Shown: positions 63,691 through 64,000 of the stretch, piece by piece
Position numbering within the stretch: position 1 is the stretch's first letter
Layout of the letters: every line of letters begins with the position of its first letter
Virus record (IMG/VR): IMGVR_UViG_3300045988_088194
Reading direction: 5' to 3' (one strand)
Source: a virus
Length of the DNA: 64,000 bases
Notes under the pieces: generated by a model
Seen by the model: only the letters and a program-made list of their open reading frames with translations
Told to the model about the DNA's origin: nothing
The model's database searches: none
Position numbers and translations under genes: made by a program

Positions 63691-63790
63691 TCTACTGTGA
63701 TGAACTTAGAGCAAATCACTGCATATTCTTGCAAAGATTGTCCTATTTTTAGTAACTAAATTACTTACAACTTACAATATTTTCACTAAA

Positions 63791-64000
63791 ATGAAAACAA
63801 TAGTATACATAATCAAAGGCATACTGATGTATTCAACTCTAATGTATTGGATTCTTGCTATCTGTCTTGCAGATTCTTTTACATTCACTGGAATACTGAT
63901 AGTGTTTGGAGTGGGGTTTGCAATGATATTCATCTGCAAGTACACACTCACACTTGAAGATGTGGCAATACTTACAGGAAATGACTCTAAAAAATTATAA
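63791..64000 (+). CDS. small membrane protein
   Basis: 69 aa with two hydrophobic helices. The stop codon is at the window end. Confidence 0.5.
   Translation: MKTIVYIIKGILMYSTLMYWILAICLADSFTFTGILIVFGVGFAMIFICKYTLTLEDVAILTGNDSKKL

Noticed and set aside
63709-63752. Possible fifth copy of the early motif (AAATCACTGCAT-N13-TTGTCC) upstream of 63791
   Set aside because: It matches only about half of the conserved positions and lacks both the AACAACAC core and the TGGGA element. It is too degenerate to call without a statistical scan.
1-64000. Stop-codon reassignment (TAG or TGA recoding), as seen in some crAss-like lineages
   Set aside because: ORFs of 3507, 1885, 1768 and 1359 aa are uninterrupted under the standard code, and none of the 17 tRNAs has a CUA, UCA or UUA anticodon.
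1-64000. CRISPR array, integrase/att sites or prophage boundaries
   Set aside because: I saw no repeat-spacer structure and no recombinase motifs. The gene content is entirely phage-like across the window.

Overview
This 64-kb window reads as most of a crAss-like (Crassvirales-type) podophage genome, probably from a Bacteroidota host. All calls come from reading the sequence and ORF translations by eye; no homology search or RNA folding was run. The plus-strand block at 1-18480 carries an RNA-ligase/HicA/phosphoesterase/ThyX cluster. It also holds a 3507-aa giant ORF ending in a crAss-type virion RNA polymerase (DFDID motif), followed by a 1359-aa virion protein. A long minus-strand late block (61633 down to 18536) runs through small regulators, a GroES-like protein, TerL and portal. 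It continues with fibre proteins, BACON/PEGA Ig-like proteins, a lysis cassette, scaffold and major capsid protein. After these come head-tail proteins, a free-standing GIY-YIG homing endonuclease and four very large tail or ejection proteins. It also contains a 17-gene tRNA array interrupted by a Dps-like gene. From 62046 onward there is a plus-strand set of small genes. Four of them are preceded by the same conserved 32-bp motif, which I read as a phage-specific early promoter. Most minus-strand operons are preceded by a terminator followed by a Bacteroidota-type TAnnTTTG -7 box. Long ORFs are intact under the standard code. The items most worth a second look:
- the effector-module/nuclease/RNAP fusion, whose N-terminal third is compositionally foreign;
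- BACON domains split across gene boundaries;
- a Leu-like type-II tRNA with a CAU anticodon;
- the RNA-repair-like cassette;
- a GC-richer noncoding region at the divergent junction.
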